From an uncultured virus (IMG/VR IMGVR_UViG_3300033068_001295) (Duplodnaviria; Heunggongvirae; Uroviricota; Caudoviricetes): 64,000 nt of DNA. Each line of letters starts with the position of its first letter. Position 1 is the stretch's first letter. The translations under genes were made by a program, and so were the position numbers. The notes under the pieces are model-generated. The model ran no database searches and had not been told where the DNA came from. It saw only the letters and a program-made list of their open reading frames with translations. Below are positions 22,319 through 32,651 of the stretch, piece by piece. The DNA lies in IMG/VR virus record IMGVR_UViG_3300033068_001295; one strand, written 5' to 3'.

Positions 22319-23188
22319 TTAGAATTTTAAAATTGGAAGATTGAATTGTGCTGTGTGCTTTTGACTATCTCTTTTGAATTGTTTTCCCCATTTTGTGCCC
22401 AATCCTGCAAATTTAGATTCTACAATTGCAGCTCTTTTTAAAGATGGTAGTTCTTGTTTCCACATTGGATATAGTTGTGTTAGCCCTTGTGGGTTTCTGT
22501 TATTTGCAATTATGTCTTCCGCAATCATAACTTTTACGTATTGAGTTATGTATGTTAGTATATCCCCTGTGGTTATTTCAGGTATTAATATTTCATCTTC
22601 TTCATCTGTTGGTAACGCATTGTATTGTACATAAATTTGCCCCTTTGAAAAATTTGTATTTACAACAGAATTTATAATATTAATTTGGTGCAGATATTGT
22701 TTTCTTATTGAAGGGTGTAAATTCAAACAGTCCACTGCTATCCCATCTTTTTTTATGCCACTAACTAATGATAAAAATTGAGGCTCGTAGTAAAAATCAA
22801 TCAAATTGTTATTGATAGTTATTTTTTCTGTGATTATCTTGCTGTGGCAACTTTTTATATATTCTTGATTTACTTCATCGAAGTATGCGGGGTTTTCTAT
22901 ACGTTCTTTATATATATAAGAGTCTGTTATCTCTTTATTATTTAAACAAGCGTTTGTACCTATTGGCTTTACTTTTAAGGCTAATTTTAAAGACTTAAAA
23001 TCTTTAGGTAAATACCCCATAGAGTTTTCTATATCTAGAATCTTTTCTTTTACTTGACAAATATTATTTCCAAATAATCTAAGTCTTGAAATCACATTTG
23101 TTTCTATGCTTAATTTGTCTATGTCTCCGCTACTATAAAAAGATTCAAATGAGCTTTCTATCTCTGCTATAAATTCTTTTATGTTCAT
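22319..23188 (-). CDS. Tail tubular/ring protein
   Basis: TNFSKGQIYVQYNALPTDEEDEILIP motif; synteny with Tstab. Confidence 0.65.
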   Translation of the reverse strand: MNIKEFIAEIESSFESFYSSGDIDKLSIETNVISRLRLFGNNICQVKEKILDIENSMGYLPKDFKSLKLALKVKPIGTNACLNNKEITDSYIYKERIENPAYFDEVNQEYIKSCHSKIITEKITINNNLIDFYYEPQFLSLVSGIKKDGIAVDCLNLHPSIRKQYLHQINIINSVVNTNFSKGQIYVQYNALPTDEEDEILIPEITTGDILTYITQYVKVMIAEDIIANNRNPQGLTQLYPMWKQELPSLKRAAIVESKFAGLGTKWGKQFKRDSQKHTAQFNLPILKF

Positions 23189-23730
23189 TTTAATTTATTT
23201 ATTTTATTTATAACAGGGTCTCTATATCTAAAAGTTTTTACGTACTTTCTTCTTTTACTTGTTTTTTCATAATCTGCCATAACTCTCATTGGCAACATAA
23301 GGTCAAAATGTATTTTATATTTTACTTTAGAAGCAATTACATCTTCTTTTTGTTTTCTAAGAAATGCGTAATCCATGCACCATCCTGAAAACTCTACGTC
23401 TGGTTCAAAAAAAGGCTCATACTTATCTGATATTCTGACTCTTTTTATCAAAGAATTTTGTACTTTTCTTTTTCTTTTTATTTTATAAGGCATCAAAATA
23501 TTACAAAAATACCCAAATCCCTCAATATATATACCGCCTTTAGATTCTATTAGCATTTTTTTTGCTGTCTCAAAAATACCGTTGATTGCTTTTACAAAAT
23601 AATTATATTGGTCAATTCCTTTGGCTACTTTTTTTCTATTCTTTCTGTAATAATCGTAAGCATCTCTATTTACTATTTCCTTTGGGTTTCTTAAAGTGCT
23701 ACCCTCTCTCCACGTTGTTTGGATTCTCAT
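23185..23730 (-). CDS. Basic IHF/HU-like protein
   Basis: GGIYIEGFGYF motif; highly basic; same position as the IHF-like gene of crAss-like tail modules. Confidence 0.5.
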   Translation of the reverse strand: MRIQTTWREGSTLRNPKEIVNRDAYDYYRKNRKKVAKGIDQYNYFVKAINGIFETAKKMLIESKGGIYIEGFGYFCNILMPYKIKRKRKVQNSLIKRVRISDKYEPFFEPDVEFSGWCMDYAFLRKQKEDVIASKVKYKIHFDLMLPMRVMADYEKTSKRRKYVKTFRYRDPVINKINKLK

Positions 23731-24373
23731 CTTGAACTATGTTTCTTGGTATTCCTATTCTTTGTACCGTTTCTTTTACAACTACATCTAGTAGCTTATC
23801 TGGGCAAATAAATTCCTTTTCTAAATAACTTTTGCAGTCTTCTTTTTTACATGAGCTACATTCATCTAATAATTCTGTTTCTAATGTTAGCAAGGTAATA
23901 CTGACGGAGTAAATCTCTTTGTCTGGAATATACATGTATCCATCTGTATCCAAATATATGTATGTTTCTTTGTCGCTAAAATATTTTCTGACTTTGTTTT
24001 TTCTATATTGTGGTAATGAGGTTAAGATTAATTCTATATTACCATCTAAGCTAGTTATCTCATAGATAGATGCCCCTAAACGGCTAAAAATAGGATTAGG
24101 TAGCTTGTTGACACTCTTCATCAAAACATTACATCTTCTAAACTCTATAAGTGGGCAATTTATAACCTCTGACTTATTAAAATCAAAGCAATCTATTTTA
24201 GAAAATAAATTTATTTCTCTATGCAATGTTCTGTCAAGTAGTTTCTGTGAAATAAGAAATTTAGTAACACTTCTTAATACACTTAAAATATAGCGTTTGC
24301 TCAATCTTTCATCCTTGTTATTAAGTTTGAGAGTATTTGTTATATTGCTTATTATGTCCGCGTTTGTAATCAT
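23699..24373 (-). CDS. Tail ring/adaptor structural protein
   Basis: Synteny. Probable start MITNAD at 24373 because TATTTTTG (24389-24396) overlaps the longer start. Confidence 0.55.
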   Translation of the reverse strand: MITNADIISNITNTLKLNNKDERLSKRYILSVLRSVTKFLISQKLLDRTLHREINLFSKIDCFDFNKSEVINCPLIEFRRCNVLMKSVNKLPNPIFSRLGASIYEITSLDGNIELILTSLPQYRKNKVRKYFSDKETYIYLDTDGYMYIPDKEIYSVSITLLTLETELLDECSSCKKEDCKSYLEKEFICPDKLLDVVVKETVQRIGIPRNIVQDENPNNVERG

Positions 24374-24440
24374 TTTATACAATTTATGCAAAAATACTGT
24401 AATTTTGCGAGTAAAAAAAATTCATAAAATCTAATATAAT

Positions 24441-24472
24441 AAAAGAGCGACTAAGTAAAACTCAATCGCTCT
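24441..24472 (-). terminator. Intrinsic terminator
   Basis: Minus strand agagcgattgag-tttta-cttagtcgctct followed by T-run, downstream of the fibre genes. Confidence 0.7.
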
Positions 24473-24509
24473 CAAGAAAAAAGAAAAATAGTGGAGAAAC
24501 CAATAACCA

Positions 24510-26525
24510 CTAAACTACTACTGTGAGAAACCCTGGAGAACCTCCTGATGGTGTTCCTACACTGTTTATATAAAAATTCCCTGGTATCAATCCCCCTGCT
24601 TTAGCTAAATTGTTACTTGGATATATAGGAGTTGTTGACGAAAAAGGAGATAGGTTGATATTTGAAAACGATGCATAAAGACTAATGTTGTTGCTTACAT
24701 CTGCTTCTGTCACATACCTCAAATAAGAATTTTCAAAGCCTATAGTTTTTGTACTGACTGGTTGCGGTGACTCTGTTAACAGTAGTGCTTCTTGCGTACA
24801 TGAGAGTGCTCCAAAATCTGAATCTGAAAAACTAGTTATGAAATCATTGTCTGTATCTAATAGATAATTAACCCCCATTCCAAAGATAAAGCCCTTTTGA
24901 ACAATTAGTGTTTTATATGTTGGTGATGCGCTTGTTCTTAACTTAAATATCGTATTATTACCTCCAACTATATTAGTAAGCGGTGCTGTCGAATCTACAG
25001 GATTTGTAGCATAAACACCTCTTTCATTTAAATCATCAATAATACAATACGAATCTACAATATCAAAATAATTTACATCCGTTTTTTGTGTGTATATTCC
25101 ATCTGTGACTGTTTTATCTTCTGTGTTAAGATAATAATTATCGTATGCTACTAAACACTCACCTACAATATTTAACGACGTTTCTTGAAGCTTTACAAGA
25201 CTTTGATTTGTGCCTTTAAGACTTACATTCTCTAAATAAGCTCCTCCTTGTCCATTTGCTCCAACTCCATAAAAATATACATGTGGTGTATTATTAACAA
25301 CACTATCTTGAACAAATACAGGGCTTCCAAAAAGTTCTATATTATCTGCATTACTATCTACTGCGTTTACATATTGTCCACTAGGTCTGTACTGAGAAAA
25401 AATATTACAATTAATTGCCGAAAAATTTGAATCGTATGTATTTACAGTTCCATCTGAATAACTTTGATGTCTTACTATACCTTTAGTAGCCGTACATAAC
25501 AATTCTATGTTGTCCAAAGCTAAAAATACAGGGGCTAATAAATTTAAATTGCCGTCTACTCCAACCTCTGTTATCAAAAATTCTGTGTCTATTGGATAAT
25601 CAGTTGTTCCTTGTAAAGTTATTGTACGTTTTTGGCTTGAGTCAGATTTTATTGTAGTTGTATTTACAGAAATTTTATTTTGTAAGATTGTGTTTGCTGT
25701 TAAATCTGACTGAGATACTGTAACACTTGTTTGTAAAATAATTTGGGCGTATGGAAACTCAGGAGCAGAGACTTCTGGTGAACTTCCAATAGTTTCCACT
25801 AGAGCGTCTACTAGTTTTTTAAAAGGTTTTAAAATAGACCCGTTAGATGTTCCTGTATAGCTTTCATTTACGTAAAACTGCTTTATATTTTCATCCGATG
25901 GTAAGCTTATTCCCCAACAACCGTTTATTAATTCTACCTTTACGCTGTCATTAGGAGAGTTCATACAAACAGTTAAATCTACTTCATTTGTTGTTGGTGT
26001 TACTGTTACACTCTCATCACTTGATATGATTTCTTTTATGTCGTATTGCGTGTTATCTCCAACATCTGTTGTACCTTTTATTAATGTTGCTCCACTACCT
26101 ACCGATAATAATGTTGTGGTTTTTTGGTTTGCTTCTATAAATGTGTTTAATGCAGTCTCATCTACAGATATAACAATATCGTCAGTTCCTTGCACAATAT
26201 TTATAAGATTTGAATCAACAAGACTTCTTATAAGTTTTCTTCCTGTTCCGTCAATTCCTTTGTATATTTGTGAGCCTGCACCTACATTTAAAAGGGTGAA
26301 AAAACTTACAGTTAAGTTAAACTTATCACATATATAAGCATCTAATGCCTCTAATGTTTCTGTTAATGTTAGTTCGTCTTCTATGTTAGAGCAAGAAAAA
26401 GTTGCATTTTTTACTGTAATGCAACCTGAATCTAATTTTATTGGACATTCACAATGAACAGGTGTACATGCTCTTGGAGTACATCCACAATTTGAATTTG
26501 TGTTTTGGCAATTATTACAACTCAT
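24510..26525 (-). CDS. Tail fibre/spike-like structural protein with Cys-rich N-terminus
   Basis: MSCNNCQNTNSNCGC; GSILKPFK motif; beta-rich C-terminus. Confidence 0.6.
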   Translation of the reverse strand: MSCNNCQNTNSNCGCTPRACTPVHCECPIKLDSGCITVKNATFSCSNIEDELTLTETLEALDAYICDKFNLTVSFFTLLNVGAGSQIYKGIDGTGRKLIRSLVDSNLINIVQGTDDIVISVDETALNTFIEANQKTTTLLSVGSGATLIKGTTDVGDNTQYDIKEIISSDESVTVTPTTNEVDLTVCMNSPNDSVKVELINGCWGISLPSDENIKQFYVNESYTGTSNGSILKPFKKLVDALVETIGSSPEVSAPEFPYAQIILQTSVTVSQSDLTANTILQNKISVNTTTIKSDSSQKRTITLQGTTDYPIDTEFLITEVGVDGNLNLLAPVFLALDNIELLCTATKGIVRHQSYSDGTVNTYDSNFSAINCNIFSQYRPSGQYVNAVDSNADNIELFGSPVFVQDSVVNNTPHVYFYGVGANGQGGAYLENVSLKGTNQSLVKLQETSLNIVGECLVAYDNYYLNTEDKTVTDGIYTQKTDVNYFDIVDSYCIIDDLNERGVYATNPVDSTAPLTNIVGGNNTIFKLRTSASPTYKTLIVQKGFIFGMGVNYLLDTDNDFITSFSDSDFGALSCTQEALLLTESPQPVSTKTIGFENSYLRYVTEADVSNNISLYASFSNINLSPFSSTTPIYPSNNLAKAGGLIPGNFYINSVGTPSGGSPGFLTVVV

Positions 26526-26536
26526 GTTTTTTATTT

Positions 26537-26770
26537 TTATGCTTCTAAAGCTTCTATTCTTGTTGTTAAATCTTGTATCAATTGGTCTTTTGCTATTAAT
26601 GCTGCCACCAATGCTGTATTTATTTGGGTCTGTGTTGAATTAGCAAGTAAACCTAAGTATACAATTGCAGAGGGTGTTACTGTACAATTTGTACTAAATA
26701 GCCCTTCTGGGCACTCAATTGGAGAGTTATTTGTAGGTGTGTATATTGTTTGTGGTGTACAATTTTCCAT
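26537..26770 (-). CDS. Small coiled-coil structural protein
   Basis: C-terminal LTTRIEALEA heptads; probable start MENC. Confidence 0.55.
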   Translation of the reverse strand: MENCTPQTIYTPTNNSPIECPEGLFSTNCTVTPSAIVYLGLLANSTQTQINTALVAALIAKDQLIQDLTTRIEALEA

Positions 26771-27114
26771 TATGGGCAATTTTGTGTTTGTAAATCTTCT
26801 ATTTGTTGAGCTTGTTGTGTTACTGTGCTTTGTAAATCACCTACATCTGATTTTAAATTACAAATTTCATCTATTAAATGTTGAAATAGGTTTTTTACAG
26901 TTTTTTCTGTTGGTAGTGTTGTACACGATTCTAAACTTAATAAGTCTGTTTCCGACTTTACTTCGTCTAATAATTCATAAATATCTGTTACTATTTCTTC
27001 TAAGTTGTAACACTCGTCTGTTATCTTTGTAGATTCTCCTAACGGTAATTGATGTTCTATACAGGCTGTGAACACTTTTGTTCCGCAAGTCTGTCTTACT
27101 TTATTACACTTCAT
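26770..27114 (-). CDS. Small Cys-containing coiled-coil structural protein
   Basis: ORF in the fibre cluster with C-terminal heptads. Confidence 0.55.
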   Translation of the reverse strand: MKCNKVRQTCGTKVFTACIEHQLPLGESTKITDECYNLEEIVTDIYELLDEVKSETDLLSLESCTTLPTEKTVKNLFQHLIDEICNLKSDVGDLQSTVTQQAQQIEDLQTQNCP

Positions 27115-27144
27115 TGTGTTTTTATTTTAAATTATACTTTGTTA

Positions 27145-28935
27145 CTATCTTACACTCATAAATAATTCTTCATAACTAAAGTAGTCTGATTGCATTGTCC
27201 TAGCATTTGTGCCAATTGTTTTATTTATAGTACTTATTACACTCATCGCCGTAGTTGTTAGCGGAATTTGTGTTGTGTGTGTTGCAACTAGTACATTATC
27301 AATATAAAAAGAAACGCTACTTGCCATAGTATTAATATCTACTCTCAATTTATACCATTGTGTTGCAACAACTGCAATAGAGGTAGTCGTTGCATTAACT
27401 GTACCCCCCGACTTAGTAAAACATCTCCAATTTGGTGTAGTCGTTCCTGTAAAAAAAATAGAACCTCCCTCATCATAAGAAATAAAAATACCATTTGAAC
27501 TATTTTGCCAATTTGACGGTACAATATATCCAAAAATTGTAAAAAACCTGTCTGTTACAGTAGATAATGTATCTATTGTAATATATGTTTCAATACTGAT
27601 AGTTCCCAATCCGAGGAATAAGTTCTGATTTCCATAGGTATATCCAGAAACACCCGTAGCAGTTGACCCAGTATTATGTCTGACAACCCCTTGTTGATTT
27701 GTCCTGTTAGTTATAGTACTTGTAGTTCTACAGTCAGACCCTGTGCCACTTGCAAGAGTTACAACTTGTCCGTAAGAAGTTGAAACAGAACCCCCTTGAG
27801 AACCTATAAACTCTTCATGGTAAAGAATCCCTTTTGTTTTATAAAAATTTTTTAAATTCTGTTGTTTATTATTGAAAGTATTCCAATCAGTAGATATGAG
27901 GTATCCATCAGTGGCTGTTGTTGCAACCCCAAGTTTAGTTTTGATATTTGCAGTAGTTTCATCTCCTGTGTTTGTCCCACTTGTATTGCCTAACTTAGTT
28001 ATTTCAGAAGAAGTTATCAATCTTGACCCTGTAGCTATTAGAGCGTCAAAGTCTGTCTTTAGCTGTATTCCTACACTTGTAACCCATGTACTTGCGCTGT
28101 CATAAGCTGTTTTTAACGTGGTTGTAAACGCCTCTGTTATTTGTTCTAATAGTGAATATTTGGCAGGTTTTAATAATCCCGCATTAGCGTTATCTGCAAG
28201 TGGTATTGTTGCATCAGTTCCTGTATCACTTGTAACCGTTCCGTTTGTTGAGGACGCTGTGTAACTTAAATTTGTATTACCACTAGGTATAGTTGGAAAA
28301 GTTGTTGCAACACCTGCTCCATCTAAGTATTGAGAATTGTTTCCTGTTGGATTGTCAAACTTATCATTTAATAGTGTGTCAACTTCAGATTGTGTGTATT
28401 TATCTAAATCTGTTATATCTGCTTCAACATGTGTGTGAGAAGATGGTGTAAAAGTTGTTGGAACATCATCTAAATCATTATAACTATTAGTTTGTGCCAC
28501 TGTCCCTATGTCAGACTCTCGTACAAAAACATCTAATGATGTATTTGTAAAATCTGCTAAATCATAATTTGATGGGTCAAATGTAGGTATGTCTGATAGA
28601 GTAATATATCCACTATCATTTGTCAAAGAACTTATTGGGTCTGCTGATTGTAATGCACTATTTACTAACGATAACAAAGATGCACTTAAAGAAACTACTA
28701 TGTTTGAAGTACCTGTAACTGTAATACTTCCATCAATGTTTACCACTGATTGCACACCTGAGCCACTTCCACCGCCTGTTAAATCTTTTATAGGTATAGC
28801 CTCTCCTGATAAACTTGTAATAAAAACACTTACATCAGAATCAGTGTCTGATTTTACGTAAAAGACAGAGTTTGGTACAGTGGCTTCTAATACAGATTTT
28901 ACCTTATAATGCTTTATCTCTAATCTTTTGTTCAT
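27145..28935 (-). CDS. Fibre protein with C-terminal lectin-like beta-sandwich
   Basis: SYNDLDDVP, SHTHVEADITDL, DGYLISTDWNTFNNK fibre motifs; QWYKLRVDI..VSFYIDNVLVATH; probable start MNKRLEI at 28935. Confidence 0.65.
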   Translation of the reverse strand: MNKRLEIKHYKVKSVLEATVPNSVFYVKSDTDSDVSVFITSLSGEAIPIKDLTGGGSGSGVQSVVNIDGSITVTGTSNIVVSLSASLLSLVNSALQSADPISSLTNDSGYITLSDIPTFDPSNYDLADFTNTSLDVFVRESDIGTVAQTNSYNDLDDVPTTFTPSSHTHVEADITDLDKYTQSEVDTLLNDKFDNPTGNNSQYLDGAGVATTFPTIPSGNTNLSYTASSTNGTVTSDTGTDATIPLADNANAGLLKPAKYSLLEQITEAFTTTLKTAYDSASTWVTSVGIQLKTDFDALIATGSRLITSSEITKLGNTSGTNTGDETTANIKTKLGVATTATDGYLISTDWNTFNNKQQNLKNFYKTKGILYHEEFIGSQGGSVSTSYGQVVTLASGTGSDCRTTSTITNRTNQQGVVRHNTGSTATGVSGYTYGNQNLFLGLGTISIETYITIDTLSTVTDRFFTIFGYIVPSNWQNSSNGIFISYDEGGSIFFTGTTTPNWRCFTKSGGTVNATTTSIAVVATQWYKLRVDINTMASSVSFYIDNVLVATHTTQIPLTTTAMSVISTINKTIGTNARTMQSDYFSYEELFMSVR

Positions 28936-28937
28936 TT

Positions 28938-29303
28938 TTACCAACTTGCTTCTGACCAACTTACTGAACACTCTAAAGCTTCCTCTAAAGTGCAATCTTG
29001 GTCTTTTAAATATTGTTGGGCTAGTCTAAGTATTTCAGAAACTCTTTTTATTGCTTTTGGTTTTCTTTCTTTTTCTTCTAACTTTCCCTCTATTTTATCT
29101 TGAATATAATTTGTTATTTCACAGTTATTTGTACAAAGTATTCTATGAAATAGCATATAATGTTTTATTTTATCTCTGTCTGGGGATTCCCCCAAAAGAA
29201 AATTTTTGTGTGCAAAATAACTAGTGTTCAAGCGAAGTAAATTTTCATCGGTCTCATTAAAATACCTTTGTTTACTTTGCTCTAATATAGATTGTGTACT
29301 CAT
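28938..29303 (-). CDS. Hypothetical structural protein
   Basis: Coupled ORF in the late operon. Confidence 0.55.
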   Translation of the reverse strand: MSTQSILEQSKQRYFNETDENLLRLNTSYFAHKNFLLGESPDRDKIKHYMLFHRILCTNNCEITNYIQDKIEGKLEEKERKPKAIKRVSEILRLAQQYLKDQDCTLEEALECSVSWSEASW

Positions 29304-29836
29304 AAGTAATCTTGGTATTTTGCGGATAAATTTTTAGCTTCACAAAACGCTTTTTCTGCTTGAATAAAATCTCCATCTCTTGTAAATGCTTCCGCGCTTC
29401 TTAGCATAAATTCAACCATTTCTAATACATCTCTTATAGCTTTGTCTTTATTAGAAAAGTTTATGCTTAACTTAATATATATCTTATCTAGTTCTAGTCT
29501 AAATTGGTCTGTTTTTAAATAATATCTTTTTTTATTGTAAGATGTTGGTGAGCCCTCTAAGATAAATTGATAAATACCATCAGGTAAAAACTCATATCTT
29601 TGCTCATCACATTCAGTTAAACAACTAAGACCTAAGTTTATAGAGTTGTATACGTTTATTTTATTTTTAGCCCATGTTTGAATTATTTGCTTGCTACTGC
29701 CAGGCAAAGTTATTTTCATAACAGTGGGACTATTTTGTAAAATTTTCCAATCAGACAAATCAATGCATGAAATTACTGAAGGGTCATAAGTATTGTATAT
29801 TCCAAAATTTATATTTGGTTTTCCTGTTAATAGCAT
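29300..29836 (-). CDS. Hypothetical structural protein (possible tail hub)
   Basis: LPDGIYQF motif; position. Confidence 0.5.
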   Translation of the reverse strand: MLLTGKPNINFGIYNTYDPSVISCIDLSDWKILQNSPTVMKITLPGSSKQIIQTWAKNKINVYNSINLGLSCLTECDEQRYEFLPDGIYQFILEGSPTSYNKKRYYLKTDQFRLELDKIYIKLSINFSNKDKAIRDVLEMVEFMLRSAEAFTRDGDFIQAEKAFCEAKNLSAKYQDYL

Positions 29837-30049
29837 TTATTTTTTATTAGGTTGTAAAAATTGTAAACAAACTAGCTGACATAGCATTTTGAGCCGTCTG
29901 TGTAACGTGTACATTATCAGCCGTAACTAACAATGAATCTCCTCCGTTTCGTGATTAATTCATTATCGGTATTGATTAAACCGACCAAAGAAGTGGCTAG
30001 TAAAATACCGACTACATTCCATGTAATTGATTTGTTCATATTTATAAAT

Positions 30050-30263
30050 TTATTGATTACTCTTTTTGTTTTCGTCTTTCATTTGAGAACTCCTAGAGCT
30101 ACCATAGTAGAATCCTAGCACAAGCCCTATATATCCAGCAAATACTATTCTAATATCGCTATCCAAATTTATGAATGTAAGGGCGTATAGACACCAAAAC
30201 AGCTCCCAATAAGGCTAGTATTACCTGAACGTTTGATTTACCCATTAACTCCCTTGTACTCAT
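30050..30263 (-). pseudogene. Frameshifted small holin-like gene
   Basis: MSTRELMGKSNVQVILALLGAV continues in the +1 frame as WCLYALTFINLDSDIRIVFAGYIGLVLGFYYGSSRSSQMKDE. Removing one base of the 4-nt run at 30196-30199 restores a 70-aa two-TM protein. Confidence 0.6.
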
Positions 30264-30265
30264 TT

Positions 30266-30658
30266 CTAATAATCGATTTTAACTCTGCTTTCTCTACTTC
30301 CCCACATTCTAACGAAATAGCAAATTATAAAAATAATAGATATAACGCTAGAAACGAGTAGAAAAGTGAAAGGAAATGCAATATAAACAGCTAAAACACC
30401 ACCAATAACACCGCATACAGCCATATTAATAAGGTCGCCTTTGCTCGATGGCATCCTAAGTAAGTACTGCTCGATTACTTTTTCCCAAATATATCCAAGT
30501 CCGATACCAACAAAGAACCCAATTATACCAAAGAATATCGGTTGCTCATATTTCGGAAACGTATCACGCCCGAACATTTCAACTATGTCAAACATAATAA
30601 GAATGATTATAATTGAATGTGCTACGTTGTACGCTATATTGATTAATTTTTGTTTCAT
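30266..30658 (-). CDS. Integral membrane protein, paralog-like to 62596-62943
   Basis: About 4 hydrophobic segments; H...G..G...WE...P.S..D...GG.LA pattern. Confidence 0.65.
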   Translation of the reverse strand: MKQKLINIAYNVAHSIIIILIMFDIVEMFGRDTFPKYEQPIFFGIIGFFVGIGLGYIWEKVIEQYLLRMPSSKGDLINMAVCGVIGGVLAVYIAFPFTFLLVSSVISIIFIICYFVRMWGSRESRVKIDY

Positions 30659-30667
30659 TGTTTTTAA

Positions 30668-30762
30668 TGTTTAACTTTGTGAATAAAATTCGTAGCTTGC
30701 CTACGAAGTCATAGAAGTTTAATTCTGCTAATAATTGTGTAAATGTTTTTTGTGCCATTTTG
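30668..30762. repeat. 95-bp exact direct repeat, copy of 32031-32125
   Basis: tgtttaactttgtgaata...ttttttgtgccattttg is identical at both sites, offset 1363 bp. Confidence 0.95.
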
Positions 30763-30982
30763 GATTACAATATAGTCCGTATAAGGTTTGGTAATTAATT
30801 GTGCTTGATATCTAGCTATTCCAGAAGACGAGTTATTTGTTGTTAAATAAGAACCACTAATGCCTACATTTGCATCAGCAACACCCAAAGATTCTCCTAA
30901 TGAAATTAAATAAGATGTTGAACCTGTATCAACTGTATTGCTATCTCCAAAACCCATCATGCCCATCATTTGTGCTAACATA

Positions 30983-31813
30983 CTAAAGTACTTTTACAGT
31001 ATACCAAATTTCATTTGTAGTTGTGGTAACAATAATTCTATTTATTGCCCCATTTGTTGTAGATATAGAATCGCTCCCTACGTTTATCCATGCATCAGGT
31101 ACTGTAATCGCACTTCCGTTTGCTGTTATTTTTACGTAATCTGAGACACCTACTAAAGCAGATACTCCTACGGATAATGTCAAACTTCCTGCTTGAGTTA
31201 AGTTGTCAAAAACTCCATTACCTATGGAAGTTAGTGGGAATTCTCCTGAAAATGTTCCATATTGTACAGGGCTATAAGTTGTAGAGACTGCCGTAGAAAT
31301 CGGTTTATTAATGTCTGAGGTATTATCCACATTACTAAGTCCTATATCCTCTTTAGATAAAATAATATCTCCCTCTTGTGTTAAAGCCTTAACACCATTT
31401 ACCGATATAGGTGCATATACATTTTCTCCGTTTAAATCAGGTATTTGAAAAAATCCATCCCCTGATGGGATTGTGAATGTTACTTGTGTAGAACCACTAC
31501 TATCACTGTATTTAAAGCCCACATCTGACATTTCTAGCACAACTTCTGGAAAATCGGAGTTCCTTACTTTAATTGTATTTGTAGTTTCATCTCCTAAGTC
31601 TGTAACTGATTGCAAGTCTTGTGTCCCAGAACCACCTGTGCTATTAATAACAGGATTGTTTGGGTCAGTACGGTCAATGGTGATATTTGTGCCCGCAGTA
31701 AGGTTTTTTTCAGAAGAGTTAAATATGTCTTTTAGTATATCACGCAATTTTTGTATTGCATCATACCATAGTAAGGATTCTATTCTTTCTAATAAAGTTT
31801 TTTCTCGTGCCAT
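30983..31813 (-). CDS. Fibre-like structural protein
   Basis: AGTNITIDRTDPNNPVIN, QDLQSVTDLG and IGLSNVDNTSDINKPISTA fibre motifs. Confidence 0.65.
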   Translation of the reverse strand: MAREKTLLERIESLLWYDAIQKLRDILKDIFNSSEKNLTAGTNITIDRTDPNNPVINSTGGSGTQDLQSVTDLGDETTNTIKVRNSDFPEVVLEMSDVGFKYSDSSGSTQVTFTIPSGDGFFQIPDLNGENVYAPISVNGVKALTQEGDIILSKEDIGLSNVDNTSDINKPISTAVSTTYSPVQYGTFSGEFPLTSIGNGVFDNLTQAGSLTLSVGVSALVGVSDYVKITANGSAITVPDAWINVGSDSISTTNGAINRIIVTTTTNEIWYTVKVL

Positions 31814-32121
31814 TATACTGTAGCAATTATACCTGCTGTTTTTAGTTTTGCGATTAAGTCATCAATTTTAGCTTCAATATTATCAAGCCTTGTTTCAACT
31901 TCTCCTTTTAAGGCGTTTACAGACGTTCTAGCTGCTGCTAAATCTGCATAGGATGCTGAGATTGCTGTAAGGTCTGTTGTTACCCCTAGAGCTGTAATTG
32001 TAGTTGCTTGTGAAGCTGTTAATTTTTCAGTGTTTAACTTTGTGAATAAAATTCGTAGCTTGCCTACGAAGTCATAGAAGTTTAATTCTGCTAATAATTG
32101 TGTAAATGTTTTTTGTGCCAT
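31813..32121 (-). CDS. Small head-fibre-like coiled-coil protein
   Basis: C-terminal KIDDLIAKLKTAGII. Confidence 0.6.
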   Translation of the reverse strand: MAQKTFTQLLAELNFYDFVGKLRILFTKLNTEKLTASQATTITALGVTTDLTAISASYADLAAARTSVNALKGEVETRLDNIEAKIDDLIAKLKTAGIIATV

Positions 32122-32125
32122 TTTG
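32031..32125. repeat. 95-bp exact direct repeat (source copy, 5' end of the 102-aa gene)
   Basis: Identical to 30668-30762. Confidence 0.95.
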
Positions 32126-32126
32126 T

Positions 32127-32651
32127 TTATGCTTTTCTTAACCTTTCGGCGTAATTAAATTTTTTATATTGTGCTCCATTGTAGAAGTAGGAAAAGGTTT
32201 CCCAATCACCAACTTGTAATGCTTTGTACATCTTTGGATTTAATGATATGAACTTTAACATCATTTTTAGTTGGTTTAACTCTGAAACTTTCATGTAGTC
32301 CCAAAAATCACCAACTGAATTAAATCCTAATTTTTTCCAATGAAAACCCATGATTTGTGGCAAGCCAATGGATGTACTTTCCATTGCTGCTGTAGGGTTC
32401 TTTGAAAACGCGTCATTAAATGCTTTCCACTCTTGTGGTTGTCTTTCTACCCCGTTACTAGCCCACAAACCTGCAAAATTAGCCCATCTTGGAAAAAGTC
32501 TTTTGAACCAACTAGGCTCAAATTGTATTAGTATTTTACCTGTAACTTTATCAAATCCATATCCACCGCTTTCTACGGCAATTACTTTTCTAACGTTGTC
32601 CGTAGGGATGTTGTATTGGTTCGCTATTATCTGTATATCCTGTTTGGTCAT
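32127..32651 (-). CDS. Endolysin, N-acetylmuramidase (DUF3380-type)
   Basis: VIAVESGG..FD, ILIQFEPSWF, STSIGLPQIMGF, FYNGAQY; probable start MTKQD. Confidence 0.85.
   Translation of the reverse strand: MTKQDIQIIANQYNIPTDNVRKVIAVESGGYGFDKVTGKILIQFEPSWFKRLFPRWANFAGLWASNGVERQPQEWKAFNDAFSKNPTAAMESTSIGLPQIMGFHWKKLGFNSVGDFWDYMKVSELNQLKMMLKFISLNPKMYKALQVGDWETFSYFYNGAQYKKFNYAERLRKA

Larger units (their letters stand above)
29847..30981 (-). pseudogene. Split SGNH/GDSL hydrolase gene (5' piece 30763-30981, 3' piece about 29847-29950)
   Basis: 5' piece has FGDSNT (block I), NVGISG (block II) and YIVIQ (start of block III). The orphan 3' piece reads NGGDSLLVTADNVHVTQTAQNAMSASLFTIFTT* (block V DxxH). 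The middle is replaced by other DNA. Confidence 0.7.

Noticed and set aside
30668..32125. 95-bp repeat as a DGR template/variable repeat pair
   Set aside because: Copies are identical with no adenine-specific changes, and no reverse transcriptase is in the window
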